In this document: positions 56,397 through 64,000 of the stretch, piece after piece
Layout of the letters: each line of letters begins with the position of its first letter
Numbering within the stretch: the stretch's first letter is position 1
From: Candidatus Iainarchaeum sp.
GTDB lineage: Archaea > Iainarchaeota > Iainarchaeia > Iainarchaeales > JAZDDZ01
Assembly (NCBI GenBank): GCA_043809245.1
Contig: JAZDDZ010000049.1
Location: 1 to 64,000 of the forward strand
DNA length: 64,000 nucleotides
Reading direction: 5' to 3'
Made by a program: the position numbers and the translations under genes
The notes under the pieces: model-generated
Told to the model about the DNA's origin: nothing
What the model saw: the letters and a program-made list of their open reading frames with translations, nothing else
The model's database searches: none

Positions 56397-56530
56397 TCTA
56401 TCAACACCGCCCGCACTCTCTTGCCAATCCACTTTTTTGGAACGTAAATCCTGCCGCTGTTGCCGCTGGACTCGGCAACCTTTTCAAGAACCTCAAAACC
56501 CTCCATGCGCAGAGAAATTGTCTTTTTCAT
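56393..56530 (-). CDS. DUF2080-like transposase-associated protein (45 aa)
   Basis: Hand translation ...SGNSGRIYVPKKWIGKRVRAVLIE; ATGA overlap with the transposase start. Confidence 0.8.
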   Translation of the reverse strand: MKKTISLRMEGFEVLEKVAESSGNSGRIYVPKKWIGKRVRAVLIE

Positions 56531-56661
56531 GGTAGCTACTTTGTAGCTACAATATGCGTTTAAACATATCTATCAGCCAAAACAACCAAAAGGAAGTCAA
56601 AAATCGTTAGCAGTTACCGCCAACCCAAAAAAATATTAATGGCATTAGTCATTGTTTTATC

Positions 56662-57651
56662 ATGGGACTAGCAAAAAATCGCGTAAGGGAACTTTATGGC
56701 AAATTAAGGCAAGGCGCAGCGGTTCATTCAAGGGCAGTAAGGCTCTTTGGCGAAACCCCCAGAAAACCAGTAAAAGAGCTTTTCAGGGAAGCGGTTTCCG
56801 GAACACAGTTGACACCAAACCAGAGGGCATATCTGCTGAATACTTTTAAACATTTAAAAGAAAACCACCGTTTGGTTGAAAAAACCCGCAAAGAAGTATC
56901 CGCCGAAGAATTGCTGGCAATGTGCTTCAGGGGCCTTGGATTAAAACCGGAAAGCGTTGAAAACCCTTTGAATGACTTAAAAATCAAAGAGCTTTTAGAA
57001 AGAAGCAAAGGAAAATCCGGCTTAATTCTTGTATCTGGCGAACAGTTAAGAAATAAGCCGAAAAGGTCAACAGACGCATTCGGGCTTACACTGACAATCG
57101 ACAACCCAACGTATGAAAGATTGAAAAGCCGTGCACAGGAAATCGGCTTAATGACTGAAGGCTATGTCGGGGCTTTCTGTTCGCCCCTGGTTTTTATGGA
57201 CCCAATAACAAAAGAAGTCAATAAAGTGTTGCTGACAATAATGCCTGAAAAAATGGTGGTGCCTGAAGCAAGGTCTGAAGTAGAAGAACATGAAAGAATC
57301 CACAGGGAAAACGTTGCATTAGGAATCGGAAGAAAAAGCATAGGCGCGCCAAAAAACCGAACAGAAGCAAGGGAATGGGTAAGCAATCAACTGAAACAGG
57401 AATTCATAGCCTCAGCCAACGACGGGCACACGGCACCAGTCAGAGAAATAATGAGGCAATTATTCGCCCAACAAGAAGACATTATCAGGGAATCACTAAG
57501 TGAACAAGAAATCCGGGATTTTTTGGAAATTCCCCGTTTGATTGACGAATCCTTCATTAAAATACCCAGAAACGAATTAGTGTCAATAATCAGGACAACG
57601 CCATTAACAAAACTACGGAAAAGGCTGCAGGGCGTATTAACTTACACCTAA
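56662..57651 (+). CDS. Hypothetical protein with HExxH motif
   Basis: HERIH followed about 25 residues later by E. Confidence 0.7.
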   Translation: MGLAKNRVRELYGKLRQGAAVHSRAVRLFGETPRKPVKELFREAVSGTQLTPNQRAYLLNTFKHLKENHRLVEKTRKEVSAEELLAMCFRGLGLKPESVENPLNDLKIKELLERSKGKSGLILVSGEQLRNKPKRSTDAFGLTLTIDNPTYERLKSRAQEIGLMTEGYVGAFCSPLVFMDPITKEVNKVLLTIMPEKMVVPEARSEVEEHERIHRENVALGIGRKSIGAPKNRTEAREWVSNQLKQEFIASANDGHTAPVREIMRQLFAQQEDIIRESLSEQEIRDFLEIPRLIDESFIKIPRNELVSIIRTTPLTKLRKRLQGVLTYT

Positions 57652-57959
57652 ATCCTCTTTTTTCTGTTAACCAGTTCATTGAAATCCTCCTTATCCTGCC
57701 TTAACCTGTCAATTTTTACGTTCATTAACCCGTCGCCTATAACCGCGATGATTTTGTTCAGTTTTTTCAGCTCTACGGGAATCTCCTGTATTGCCTTCTT
57801 TGTTTTGCCATTAATTTTGCCCACTTTTCTTAGCCTCCGAAAATTTTTCAAGCAATGTAACAAGAAACACGCAGCCTTGTGAGAAAAACAAGCACCCTTA
57901 TTCCTATCGGAATATTTAATTCAATAATTATTATTAAGCTTGGCTGCGTTTATTGCTTC

Positions 57960-59141
57960 ATGCCAAAGACTTTTTCTGAAATAAATGAACGCATAAGGAA
58001 AGGCGAAGCCATTGTCTTGACGGCGGAGGAAGCGATTGAAGCAGTTGAAAGAGATGGCTTGGAGAAGGCAGCTAAAGAAATTGATGTTGTAACCACTGCC
58101 ACTTTTGGCCCGATGTGCAGCAGCGGAGCTTTTTTGAACACTGGGCACAGCAACCCGAGGATGAAGATTCAGTACGCTTGGCTGAATGACGTGAACGCTT
58201 ACGCTGGAATTGCAGCAGTCGACCTGTACATTGGCGCAACGGAGCTGCAGAGGAATGATCCCGCGAACAGCAAGTATCCCGGCGAATTCCGTTACGGCGG
58301 CGGGCATGTAATCGAGGACTTGATTGCGGGAAAGGATGTTTTGCTGAAGGCGACTTCTTATGGAACGGATTGTTATCCGAGAAAAGAATTGGAGACATGG
58401 ATTAACTTAAAGGATTTGAACGAGGCAGTGCTGGTCAATCCAAGGAATGCTTACCAGAACTATAATGTCGCGGTGAATGTTTCAGGCAAAACGATTTACA
58501 CTTACATGGGAAAGCTTTTGCCGAATTTAGGCAATGCGAATTATTGTTCCGCGGGGCAGTTGAGCCCTTTGCTTAAGGACCCTTATTACAAGACAATCGG
58601 GATTGGTTCAAGGATTTTTTTAGGCGGAGCGCAGGGATATGTTTACTGGCAGGGAACACAGCATAATCCTGTAACGGAGAGAAACGAGAAAGGAATTCCA
58701 ATTGGGGGCGCGGGAACAATTGCTGTTGCAGGAAACTTAAAGGAAATGAGTACAAAATTCATTCGCGGAGTGAGCATGACAGGATATGGAGTGAGCCTTG
58801 CAGTCGGAATAGGCTTGCCGATTCCAATCCTTGATGTGGAGATTTTGAAATCAGCTGCGGCAAAAGACGAGGACATTTTTGCGCCGGTCGTTGATTACAG
58901 CGGCGATTACCCAAACAACGTGAACAACATTCTTGGAAAGGTCAGTTACGCTGAACTAAAATCTGGGAGCATTGAGGTTAAGGGAAAAAAATTGCCTGTC
59001 GGCTGCCTGAGCAGCTATAAGAAGGCGCGCGAAATTGCCTTGTTGCTGAAGCGGCAGGTTTCAAAAGGGGATTTTTTGCTTTCAGAGCCAGTGCAGAAAC
59101 TGCCTTTGGATTCCAAGTTCAAGGCATTGAAGCCGAGGTAA
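57960..59141 (+). CDS. DUF39 homocysteine biosynthesis protein (aspartate-semialdehyde sulfurtransferase, MA1821-like, no CBS domains)
   Basis: DVVTTATFGPMCSSG, YGGGHVI, YGTDCYP, NPRNAYQNY, GQLSPL. Confidence 0.9.
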   Translation: MPKTFSEINERIRKGEAIVLTAEEAIEAVERDGLEKAAKEIDVVTTATFGPMCSSGAFLNTGHSNPRMKIQYAWLNDVNAYAGIAAVDLYIGATELQRNDPANSKYPGEFRYGGGHVIEDLIAGKDVLLKATSYGTDCYPRKELETWINLKDLNEAVLVNPRNAYQNYNVAVNVSGKTIYTYMGKLLPNLGNANYCSAGQLSPLLKDPYYKTIGIGSRIFLGGAQGYVYWQGTQHNPVTERNEKGIPIGGAGTIAVAGNLKEMSTKFIRGVSMTGYGVSLAVGIGLPIPILDVEILKSAAAKDEDIFAPVVDYSGDYPNNVNNILGKVSYAELKSGSIEVKGKKLPVGCLSSYKKAREIALLLKRQVSKGDFLLSEPVQKLPLDSKFKALKPR

Positions 59142-59207
59142 GCTTGGTGAATGGGTGAAAATGATATGTTTATTTATTTGTTCAACAAGCTTAGGGGCGT
59201 GAAATGA

Positions 59208-59615
59208 ATGGCGAAAAAAAAACTTTTGCTTGATTTTCCACAGGACGTTGTTTCAAAGCCAATCACTTACAGGCTGATAAAGGACTATGGCTTGATTGTC
59301 AACATCTTCAAGGCAAGGTTTACTCCGGAAGAAAAAGGGGAACTGGGCCTGGAGGTCGAAGGCGATTCGGGGAAAATAAGCGAAGCGCTTGAGTTTTTGA
59401 AGAAAGAAGGAGTGAAGGTCACGCCGCTTGAAAAACGCGTTGAGCAGTTGAAGGAATTATGCACTGACTGCGGCGCCTGCTTAAGCCTCTGCCCGATAAA
59501 GGCAATTTCAAGGGACCCTAAAAGCTTTGACGTGAAGCTTGACAGCGAAAAATGCATTGCCTGCGAGTTATGCGTTGACGCATGCCCTTTGAACGCGATT
59601 AAGGTAAATTTTTAG
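59208..59615 (+). CDS. NIL-domain 4Fe-4S ferredoxin (MA1822-like)
   Basis: NIL-type N-terminus; two CxxCxxCxxxCP motifs. Confidence 0.92.
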   Translation: MAKKKLLLDFPQDVVSKPITYRLIKDYGLIVNIFKARFTPEEKGELGLEVEGDSGKISEALEFLKKEGVKVTPLEKRVEQLKELCTDCGACLSLCPIKAISRDPKSFDVKLDSEKCIACELCVDACPLNAIKVNF

Positions 59616-59620
59616 GTGCA

Positions 59621-60352
59621 TTGATGCCTGAACTGCTGCGTGAAGAATTCACTTTAAGGGAAACGAAAGTGAAAATAATCAGCGATTCGCAGCAGGGAAT
59701 AACCGCTGCAAAAGAGAAGATTTTTTCGGAAAGGAAAGCACTTGAAGCATACACCAAAATTCACCCTGAATTCCTTTCATCGCTTAAGCCATTGAAATTA
59801 AAAAAAGGCGCGCCGAAAATCGCAAAAGAAATGGCTTCCGCTGCCTTGCTTGCGGGCGTTGGCCCAATGGCAGCGGTTGCAGGCGCAATAGCGGAGCACG
59901 CGTGCAAGGCAATGGTTGAAGCAGGAGCAAAAACCGCGCTGGTTGAAAATGGCGGAGACTGCTTTGCGGTTGCAAATCAACCAATTACTGTTGGGCTTTT
60001 TGCAGGAAACAATTTGTTGAAGGACAGGCTTGCGTTCAGGCTGGAGAAAGGAACGCGGATTTCTTTTTGTTCCAGCAGCGGAACAATGGGCCACAGCTTT
60101 AGCCTCGGAAAATGCGACTTGGCGACTGTTTTCGCAAAAAAAGGCGCGGTGGCTGACGCTTTCGCCACAGCGCTTGCAAACAGGATTAAAGGAGAAGAAG
60201 ACATCGCTAAAGCGCTGCGCTGGCTGAAAAAAAGCAAAAAAGTAGCAGGCGCGATTGCGGTCAAGGCAGGAAAAATCGGTTTCTGCGGAAAAATTCCGCG
60301 CCTGGTGAAAAACGCTGACACCGCGCTTTCAGCAAAAATAACCTCGTTTTAA
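59621..60352 (+). CDS. UPF0280/ApbE-like protein (MA1715-like)
   Basis: GPMAAVAG, ENGGD, SSGTMGHS.SLG, ADAFAT. Confidence 0.9.
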   Translation: MMPELLREEFTLRETKVKIISDSQQGITAAKEKIFSERKALEAYTKIHPEFLSSLKPLKLKKGAPKIAKEMASAALLAGVGPMAAVAGAIAEHACKAMVEAGAKTALVENGGDCFAVANQPITVGLFAGNNLLKDRLAFRLEKGTRISFCSSSGTMGHSFSLGKCDLATVFAKKGAVADAFATALANRIKGEEDIAKALRWLKKSKKVAGAIAVKAGKIGFCGKIPRLVKNADTALSAKITSF

Positions 60353-60427
60353 GCGGGTGAAAAGCTTTAAATAGCACTAAAGCGTTTATCTTTTCAGTTA
60401 AATGCAAAATTAAAGGAGGTGAAATGA

Positions 60428-60733
60428 ATGCAAACTGTTAAAAAAATTGACCCAATGTCTTTGGCGAAGCTTGAAGCAGCAGTGATGGCGATAATCTACC
60501 TTATAGTTGGAATACTTTTCACGCTTTTCGCTGGCTTGCTTGGAGGGCTGATTTCAGTTCTGCCCGGGGCAAACGCAGGCGCTTTCGCAGGAGGCATTAT
60601 TGGCGGATTGATTACGACTGTATTGCTGGTTATCTTCGGCTTGATTGCCGGGTTCATTGGCGGATACATCGTGGCATTGATTTACAATTTCGCGGCAGAC
60701 AAAGTGGGCGGGGTTCAGATAGAACTCGCCTGA
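60428..60733 (+). CDS. DUF3566-like small membrane protein
   Basis: KKIDPMSLAK...IYN......GG; GGAGGTGA RBS. Confidence 0.75.
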   Translation: MQTVKKIDPMSLAKLEAAVMAIIYLIVGILFTLFAGLLGGLISVLPGANAGAFAGGIIGGLITTVLLVIFGLIAGFIGGYIVALIYNFAADKVGGVQIELA

Positions 60734-60751
60734 TTTTTATTGAAGCTAGCA

Positions 60752-60785
60752 AAAAGGGCTTTTGCCCTTTTCTTTTTCTTTTTTT
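60752..60785 (+). terminator. Hairpin plus T-tract terminator
   Basis: AAAAGGGC-TTTT-GCCCTTTT followed by T runs. Confidence 0.6.
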
Positions 60786-60822
60786 CAATTGTTTTTTAAA
60801 CATCTCACTGCCAAATTGATTT

Positions 60823-61923
60823 ATGCGCATTGCAAGGGTTTTCGGCATTTCCATTGAACTGCACCAGACATTCATCTGGCTTATTGTTTTGGCTGCAGTG
60901 CTGCTCGCGGTTTTATCCCCTGAAATGTTCTTTTCAACAATGCTGCTTTTGTTTTTCCTATTCGCAAGCGTTTTGGTGCACGAATTGTTCCATTCCTTTG
61001 TGGCAATCGCAAGGGGAGGGAAAATTCAGAGAATCGTTTTGCTTCCAATTGGCGGGATATCCATGGCGGATGAAATGCCTGACAAGCCATTGGATGAATT
61101 CCTTATAGCAATTGCAGGGCCATTGTTCAATTTCCTTGTGGTCATTGCAATCCTTTTGCTTGTTGCGATTTTTCCCCAACTGCCTTTCCCGCAAAACCTT
61201 TTCTCCGACCTTGCAGGAACAGGTTTGGAGGACGCGGTTTTCCAGTTCCCCTTGTTTGCATTGCTTTGGGTGAACCTGATTCTGGGGGCATTCAATTTGT
61301 TCCTTCCGGCTTTCCCTTTGGACGGCGGAAGGGTGTTAAGGGCAATTCTTGCAGCATTCCTCGGCAATGTCAAGGCGACAAGAATTGCCTCTATTATCGG
61401 ACGGTTTCTTGCTGGCGTGCTTTTCATTGCGGGCTTTTTAATAGGCGACTTCATTGTTTTGATAATCGCGGTCTTCATTTTTTTGGGCGCGGGGCAGGAA
61501 AACGAATTCGTTGAATTAAGGGAATTAATGAAGGGCATTGAACTGGAGCCAGTCATAAACAAAAGGCCACTGGTTTTGAACGGCAACACAAACCTTGAGG
61601 ACGCATCCAAGTTAATGCAGCAAATGAACAAGCCTTTTCTTCTCGTTGACATGGGTGACGCATTGGGCTTCATAAGCAGCGGAACGCTTTCATCGATTAA
61701 GAAAAGCGCCTGGTGGGAAACAAAGGCAATGGATGCATCCAAGAGGATTCCCATAATTGACCTCAAAAAGGACGCGAAAAAAATCGCCTTAAACCTGTTT
61801 GCAAAAAACTTTCCCGCGCTAGCGGTTGTTGGCGAAAAAAGCCATTTCATCGGAATAATAGAGGCCGAAGCGCTCCAGAACCTGATTGCACTGGCAAGGT
61901 TAAAAAACAAAACAGCGCAATAA
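60823..61923 (+). CDS. Site-2 protease (SpoIVFB-like) with CBS-like domains
   Basis: HELFH, AGP, NLFLPAFPLDGGR. Confidence 0.92.
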   Translation: MRIARVFGISIELHQTFIWLIVLAAVLLAVLSPEMFFSTMLLLFFLFASVLVHELFHSFVAIARGGKIQRIVLLPIGGISMADEMPDKPLDEFLIAIAGPLFNFLVVIAILLLVAIFPQLPFPQNLFSDLAGTGLEDAVFQFPLFALLWVNLILGAFNLFLPAFPLDGGRVLRAILAAFLGNVKATRIASIIGRFLAGVLFIAGFLIGDFIVLIIAVFIFLGAGQENEFVELRELMKGIELEPVINKRPLVLNGNTNLEDASKLMQQMNKPFLLVDMGDALGFISSGTLSSIKKSAWWETKAMDASKRIPIIDLKKDAKKIALNLFAKNFPALAVVGEKSHFIGIIEAEALQNLIALARLKNKTAQ

Positions 61924-61949
61924 ATTGTTGCATAAGAGAGGCTAAAAGA

Positions 61950-62609
61950 ATGAGGCTATCAAGCAGAACTGGTAAGCTAAGAAAGATTAATATACGTGGA
62001 GAACACGCAAAAGTAAAGTCAGTCGGCTGGTTCAAACGCAGAAAAATAGGCGGGTTCCCGCCCATTGAGCTTGTTAGGAGAAATGCTTTCGCAAAAAATC
62101 ATCCCGCATACAGTGCGGCAATGTGCATCGCACATCTGCTTTACCCTGAAAATTTTATCGAATTGATTTCAAGCGGCTTGGATAAAAAAACAACTTATTC
62201 CAAGAAAGTCGAGCTTAAGGAAGAAAGCCAGAAAGGAATAGAAGATGCATACCGTTTTTTAGGGAGCAAAGAAATATTTTACAAGCATTCCGAAGAAGTC
62301 AAAACAGAGGCAGAGGAATTGTCTAAAAAAATATTCAATAAAAGCGGAATCTTAGCAAATTTTAATGAAATTAACGTTGGCCGCAGAAAAGAAGGGAGGG
62401 CTTTAATTTTTTTTGAAGTGGAAGTAGTATACGTGCCCCGCTTGGGGAGAAAAATTAATTCAATGCCAAATGGGCTAAAAAAGAAACAAGCACTCGCTTT
62501 GTTTGAATTAATTAAAAAAGAGGCTGGCTCTAAAGAATTAATTCAAGTGCATGCTGTCGGAGAAGGTGAGGTTTTAATATCGGAACTTAAACGCGAAGGG
62601 TTTTTATAA
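61950..62609 (+). CDS. Hypothetical protein with basic N-terminus
   Basis: 219-aa ORF. Confidence 0.65.
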   Translation: MRLSSRTGKLRKINIRGEHAKVKSVGWFKRRKIGGFPPIELVRRNAFAKNHPAYSAAMCIAHLLYPENFIELISSGLDKKTTYSKKVELKEESQKGIEDAYRFLGSKEIFYKHSEEVKTEAEELSKKIFNKSGILANFNEINVGRRKEGRALIFFEVEVVYVPRLGRKINSMPNGLKKKQALALFELIKKEAGSKELIQVHAVGEGEVLISELKREGFL

Positions 62610-62645
62610 AAACAGCACGCAAAACTAGTTATTTAGTGGTTTTTT

Positions 62646-62729
62646 GCCGGGGTAGGAAAGCGGCTTAATCCACCTGCCTCGAGAGCAGGAGTCCGAAAGG
62701 ACACGTGGGTTCGAATCCCACCCCCGGCG
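62646..62729 (+). tRNA. tRNA-Ser(CGA)
   Basis: Acceptor GCCGGGG/CCCCGGC; anticodon arm CCTGC-CTCGAGA-GCAGG; long variable arm; G73. Confidence 0.95.
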
Positions 62730-62785
62730 CAGATTCTCTTTCTTTTGGTCAAGCTTTTCTTTAGAAAAGGTTGCGGGTGGTTTGC

Positions 62786-62802
62786 AATCCCACCCCCGGC
62801 GC
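62786..62802 (+). repeat. Duplicate of the tRNA-Ser 3' end (att-like scar)
   Basis: aatcccacccccggcgc is identical to 62714-62730. Confidence 0.85.
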
Positions 62803-62890
62803 TGAGAAAAACACCTAACTTTTACCTAATCTTACTTATAAGAAATGCTTATATATCCCCTTGCGCAATATTTGTTATGGGGGTGAATCC

Positions 62891-63139
62891 ATGAGGCAAG
62901 TTTTAGAAACCACTAGAATGTCCACTAGGGGGCAGGTTGTAATCCCAAAGGATGCAAGGGAATTCACTAACAGCAAAGAGGATACGATTTTCACTGTTTT
63001 TCCCGTGGACAGGAAAACAATCGTTTTGAAGAAAATTGACAGCCAGAAAATTGTTTCAGAATTCCGCGCATTAAGGGCAAAGGTCAAGAACAAAATTTCA
63101 GAGGCAGAGGTCAATGAAATCACCCATAAGACAAGATAG
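62891..63139 (+). CDS. AbrB/MazE-type antitoxin
   Basis: MSTRGQVVIPKDAR. Confidence 0.88.
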   Translation: MRQVLETTRMSTRGQVVIPKDAREFTNSKEDTIFTVFPVDRKTIVLKKIDSQKIVSEFRALRAKVKNKISEAEVNEITHKTR

Positions 63140-63548
63140 ACGCAGGGTTGTTTTGGATACAAACATAATCGTTTCCGCCTTGATTGCAAAAGAGGGCGCG
63201 CCTGCAAAAACCTTTGAAAAACTGCTTTTAGGAGAGCTGGAAAACTACACAAGCAAGGAATGCATCAAGGAATTAAAGGAAGTTTTAAGCAGGGAAGAAA
63301 TAACCAAAAGAACCACAAAGAAAGCCAGAGAATTCATTTTGAGAAATTACCTGCAAAACTCCATTCAGGTTGCGGCAAAAACACGCGTAAACGTGGTTGA
63401 ACACGAATCAGACAACAAATTCATTGAAACTGCCCTTGACGCAGGGGCCGACTATATAATCACGGGCGACAAGCATTTGCTGGAAATAAACGAATTCAAA
63501 GGAATCAGAATTTTGCGCGCAAAGGAATTTTTGGCTTGGATTGAATAA
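63114..63548 (+). CDS. PIN-domain toxin
   Basis: VVLDTN...E...DNKFIE.A....ADYIITGDKHLL. Confidence 0.9.
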   Translation: MKSPIRQDRRRVVLDTNIIVSALIAKEGAPAKTFEKLLLGELENYTSKECIKELKEVLSREEITKRTTKKAREFILRNYLQNSIQVAAKTRVNVVEHESDNKFIETALDAGADYIITGDKHLLEINEFKGIRILRAKEFLAWIE

Positions 63549-63630
63549 TTATTTAAACCCTTTCCACTTAATCTTAGTGGAATTGTTTTAAGGCAATTGT
63601 CTTCCACATAAAAACTTAGGGGTGAAATGT

Positions 63631-63993
63631 ATGCCGAACATCGCATTAGAGGTCAGCCTTTTTCCAATGAGAATAAGCTTAAGGGAAAGGCAGCCACAGG
63701 AATTAACCATAAAGATAACGAACAACGACGCGCAGGCAAAGGCGCTTGACTTCGAGTTATTGCTTCCGCCGGAAGTCGGCCTGGACAAGGGCGGATTGAA
63801 CCGAGGCGTAAAGAAAAGGCTTGCGGCTCTGAGACCGAATGAAACAATCAAAATGGACTACAATGTCTTTGTATCAAAAATGGCCGGGCCAGGCAATTAC
63901 GAGGGAAGGGCTGTTCTAGCGGAGTGCTCGCCGAACTTTGAGTACACAAGCCATTCATACAAGAAAGAATTGCTGTTCAGGGTCACGGATTAA
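63631..63993 (+). CDS. Hypothetical beta-rich (Ig-like) protein
   Basis: ORF with GGGGTGA RBS; beta-strand pattern. Confidence 0.65.
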   Translation: MPNIALEVSLFPMRISLRERQPQELTIKITNNDAQAKALDFELLLPPEVGLDKGGLNRGVKKRLAALRPNETIKMDYNVFVSKMAGPGNYEGRAVLAECSPNFEYTSHSYKKELLFRVTD

Positions 63994-64000
63994 AGCGCAA

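Larger units (their letters stand above)
55085..56617 (-). mobile_element. IS66-family insertion sequence (1533 bp, no tnpB)
   Basis: Terminal inverted repeats GTAAGTGCTAAC / GTAACTGCTAAC; 8-bp target duplication CGCCAACC at 55077-55084 and 56618-56625. Confidence 0.95.

Overview
Archaeal chromosome segment, most likely from a DPANN lineage such as Iainarchaeota/Diapherotrites. This is inferred from the archaeal SRP RNA, BHB tRNA introns, GGTGA-type ribosome-binding sites and gene content. Housekeeping genes include ftsZ, SRP RNA, guaA, nnr, glmS/glmM, a ThiI-like gene, an ABC exporter and a DUF39/NIL/UPF0280 homocysteine cluster, interleaved with about seven toxin-antitoxin modules. Highlights: (1) a tRNA-Asn(GTT) gene with two bulge-helix-bulge introns, one of 290 nt at non-canonical position 30/31 that is almost entirely filled by an HNH endonuclease gene; (2) a ~16 kb element integrated in tRNA-Ala(CGC), bounded by 25-bp direct repeats. 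Its tyrosine integrase is split by the att site (SSV1-style). It carries an HTH-fused large terminase but no recognisable capsid or portal gene, plus defence-like cargo, making it a candidate archaeal virus satellite; (3) a secreted lytic-transglycosylase-domain protein; (4) a complete IS66 with 8-bp target duplication; (5) an intein in a HerA-like ATPase; (6) an unlisted ORF running off the left edge that shares a 56-aa domain with its neighbour. All family assignments come from reading motifs by eye; no database search was run.
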